Shown here: positions 26,556 to 29,123 of the stretch, one piece after another
Layout: each line of letters begins with the position of its first letter
How positions within the stretch are numbered: the first letter of the stretch is position 1
DNA from: Candidatus Micrarchaeaceae archaeon
Lineage (GTDB): Archaea; Micrarchaeota; Micrarchaeia; Micrarchaeales; Micrarchaeaceae
Direction: 5' to 3'
Length of the DNA stretch: 29,123 bases
NCBI GenBank assembly: GCA_050013715.1
Contig: JBEKES010000011.1
Location: 1 to 29,123 of the forward strand
The notes under the pieces: generated by a model
Told to the model about the DNA's origin: nothing
Databases searched by the model: none
Seen by the model: only the letters and a program-made list of their open reading frames with translations
Made by a program: the position numbers and the translations under genes

Positions 26556-28439
26556 CTGTTGTACTATTCCGCAGCCGAAGCCTAAACTGCCGCTGCTGCT
26601 GACTATCCATATTAGCGAATTCACATTATGGCCTGCAGTGCTGTTTGGACCCTGCTGCACTATGCCGCATCCTCCTCCTGAAAGATTATGATAATTCGGC
26701 GGTGAACCGTTTCCTGGACACTGCTGCCCTGATGATATTACATACTCGAAATTGCACTGCTGGCATGCGGAACCTGTTCCGTCATCAAGTACGCAGTTTA
26801 TCGGATTTTCAGGGCACATGTCCTGTGCGCCGCTTACCGAAGTACCTCCCGGACAGGCATTGCACTGCGGTGCATCGTAGGCGAAATTAGGACACTGGGA
26901 ACTTGATGGACATTGCTGCATGTAATCACCCACATACATTATTGTGGGATCTCCAGGCGGGGAACACCCTGAACCTGATATGTCAGTGCCCCCATCACTG
27001 GGAAAGAAGGATGGGCATTTTCCCGTTGTTATGGTACCATCAGGACATAAACTGCAGGGTAAATCGTTTCCTGGTCCTCCTGCATAATTTATCTGTGAAT
27101 CTGGACAGAACACATTGCATCCGCTGTTCGGCACTCCTGCAAATCCTTGACCGTTTGGATTAACTGCACCATTGGGACAGGTGTTGCAGTCCGGTTCTAC
27201 TCCCGTAGATGGACTTCCTGTTCCTGTGTATCCGTTTATACCTACTTGATTAGGATTGTTAGGACAATCTTGAGGAGTTATTTCATCGGGTGGAGTTATT
27301 GTTATGATTTGGTTAACTGTTTGCGTTGCAGCATCATATTGATCAATTGTTCTAAGCAATAGGTTATATTTGCCAGGAGAATCAGGACAGATTTGGCCAT
27401 TACTTCCACAAATAATATAGGAAGGATTAATTGTAGGAGGATCATTCAAAGGATATCCTACTTGATTTTGAAGATTAATCAGTTCAAATTGCATAAGCTG
27501 CAGCTGCTGAGCATTTGTATATTGAGTACCACTAATAGGAATAGGTTGGCCTTGTTGCACTTGATTATTTTGTACATATAGATCCAAAGCTGAGAAAAGC
27601 CCCGTATAGTAAGTTCCGTCGTTGGAATATTCATCCACTAAACCATTACTATTCATCTCGTAAATAGGGCTTGGATCTATTGGCTGTGATGTATCAAAGT
27701 AATATAAATCAGGACCAATTTGACTACCGCAATCAAATTCAGTATCAATATTTCCACATTCTTTTTCGTCTTGCCCCAACCATGCAGGTTGTACATTATT
27801 GATGCTGAGGTATGTTTCAACTTGAGTATTAGGTAAATACCATGTTGGATTTGTAAAGTATTGCTCAGACATTAGTCCGGTAATGTAGGCAGCGCTACCA
27901 TCCGGGTCTCCTACAAATTGAGTGGCACCATATGCAGAAAATGAATCTGATACAGCAGCATGATTATTTTCATCTGTTGCAGTCATAACAACCTCTCCAG
28001 ATTGAATAGACATTGTTAATAGTATAGTATCACCCACATTAGGATATTCAATTCCTCCATTACTATTAAGAAAATTTATACAGGATAATTCAATAAATTC
28101 TCCAGCTGGATTTAATACAGCATATATCATCATAAATTGACCTGAAGTACATCCTCGTCCTTCCCAATTTTTTTGCAGGCCCCATTGGTACCAATAATTT
28201 GAATTAGTATATCCATTTAGAAGATATGCCTGCCCTCCAGCATCATCATCCGGTTGTTGTTCTGCTTGAACAGTTGTACTTAAAGTAGTTCCTTGATTAG
28301 CGTTAGAATACTCAAGCCATTCCTGCCTATCGTAGGCAGTAACAGGTGCACTTGCATGCGCAATTCCTATTTTGGCAAATAATAAAATAGATAAAAATAT
28401 TGATAAACGAAAGATTAGCTTAATTTTTCTTGAATACAT
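26535..28439 (-). CDS. Secreted multidomain protein: thermopsin/peptidase-G1-like N-terminal domain (tentative) and Cys-rich region; tail apparently frameshifted
   Basis: Signal peptide (..AHA|S), AYLLNG....YWYQ.GL and TGLMSE motifs, repeated CxxCPxG, duplicated GCGIVQQG. Confidence 0.7.
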   Translation of the reverse strand: MYSRKIKLIFRLSIFLSILLFAKIGIAHASAPVTAYDRQEWLEYSNANQGTTLSTTVQAEQQPDDDAGGQAYLLNGYTNSNYWYQWGLQKNWEGRGCTSGQFMMIYAVLNPAGEFIELSCINFLNSNGGIEYPNVGDTILLTMSIQSGEVVMTATDENNHAAVSDSFSAYGATQFVGDPDGSAAYITGLMSEQYFTNPTWYLPNTQVETYLSINNVQPAWLGQDEKECGNIDTEFDCGSQIGPDLYYFDTSQPIDPSPIYEMNSNGLVDEYSNDGTYYTGLFSALDLYVQNNQVQQGQPIPISGTQYTNAQQLQLMQFELINLQNQVGYPLNDPPTINPSYIICGSNGQICPDSPGKYNLLLRTIDQYDAATQTVNQIITITPPDEITPQDCPNNPNQVGINGYTGTGSPSTGVEPDCNTCPNGAVNPNGQGFAGVPNSGCNVFCPDSQINYAGGPGNDLPCSLCPDGTITTGKCPSFFPSDGGTDISGSGCSPPGDPTIMYVGDYMQQCPSSSQCPNFAYDAPQCNACPGGTSVSGAQDMCPENPINCVLDDGTGSACQQCNFEYVISSGQQCPGNGSPPNYHNLSGGGCGIVQQGPNSTAGHNVNSLIWIVSSSGSLGFGCGIVQQGNLTGI

Positions 28440-28470
28440 AATTCCATTTAGGTAAATTGTATTTATATAG

Positions 28471-29004
28471 CTATCTGTGCTCTATTTGGGTAATAGGCGT
28501 TGCTGGGGGGCTTTGGTGTTCGCTTAGCTTCACCAATATGGCTTTTCTTACATTGTCATTTAAAAACAGCTCATCACGTTCGTTCCCCTCTAGTTCTTTA
28601 AGATGATATCCCGTATCTTTATTTCCCTCCACTTTACCAATTCCAGTGATATTCCAATTATAATTTTCGCTGTTTGGTTGCTCACTTTTTTCAAATATCC
28701 CATTTTTATATGCAATGTAATAGATACCATCGCATTCAAGTACTAAGTGTCGCAAAGTTTGAATATTTATTGCTTTTCCATTTATTTCTTCACCTATTGT
28801 AATTCCGGGAATCATATTTGGAGTATGTAGAACCATAGATAATGTTTGATCTGGATATATTTTGCAATTATCTATCTGAATGCTATTAGTTACAGCATCG
28901 CTAGCTTGAACATTTTTTGCATAAACCCTAATTGTTGGCAGCATGAGTCCTCCAGACAATAATAAGACAGACAATAATCTTGAAGTTTCTTTGGTTCTTG
29001 ACAT
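28471..29004 (-). CDS. Hypothetical secreted protein
   Basis: 177-aa ORF with a signal-peptide-like N-terminus (..VYA|K) and two Cys. Confidence 0.6.
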   Translation of the reverse strand: MSRTKETSRLLSVLLLSGGLMLPTIRVYAKNVQASDAVTNSIQIDNCKIYPDQTLSMVLHTPNMIPGITIGEEINGKAINIQTLRHLVLECDGIYYIAYKNGIFEKSEQPNSENYNWNITGIGKVEGNKDTGYHLKELEGNERDELFLNDNVRKAILVKLSEHQSPPATPITQIEHR

Positions 29005-29123
29005 TTTCTCACTAGATAATTTATGAATTTTTAGATATATTAAGGTTTTGGAGGTGTTAGCTGCATGTCGTTTGCATTAATTTAAACGTTTATTTACTTG
29101 GTATGCACGTATATTGATATAAA

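Noticed and set aside
26389..26610. 73-aa ORF as an independent gene
   Set aside because: It is better explained as the frameshifted tail of 26535..28439.
4134..27581. Many short tracked ORFs antisense to or nested in recognised genes (e.g. 4965..5222, 13461..13889, 23295..23639, 26333..26602)
   Set aside because: They are shadow ORFs of real genes with no motifs or initiation signals.
29050..29118. Strong SD-like GGAGGTG followed by very short ORFs (MSFALI, or a CTG-started 18-mer)
   Set aside because: The ORFs are tiny with no recognisable content, and context is cut by the window edge.

Overview
Archaeal chromosomal window, probably a DPANN Micrarchaeota-like organism. That assignment is inferred from the archaeal-type SecY, SRP54, TBP, DRG and eL41, an intron-containing tRNA, GGTG Shine-Dalgarno motifs and many N-glycosylation-rich surface proteins. 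From left to right it holds: two surface glycoproteins; an unannotated eL41 (eS32) ribosomal protein; small orphan ORFs; a DUF929 / CxC membrane protein / V4R / secY / csaA / hemK2 cluster; tatD; tRNA-Arg(TCT) with an intron; a cupin; a MazG-like pyrophosphatase; a DRG GTPase; an 18-aa Lys-rich micropeptide with its own promoter and terminator; srp54; two membrane proteins sharing a pilin-like domain; a GT4 glycosyltransferase; a stand-alone class II nucleotidyltransferase head; a single-repeat 'half' TBP; a geranylgeranyl reductase; nuoHIJKLMN; and a Cys-rich secreted protein. Most notable: (1) several genes appear to start at ATA, CTG or ACG placed 5-6 nt after GGTG; (2) the complex I antiporter-like subunits have lost canonical proton-pumping Lys/His residues; (3) the half-TBP; (4) the micropeptide; (5) an 11-bp duplication that frameshifts the surface-protein tail. 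No CRISPR array, rRNA, integrase or transposase was seen.
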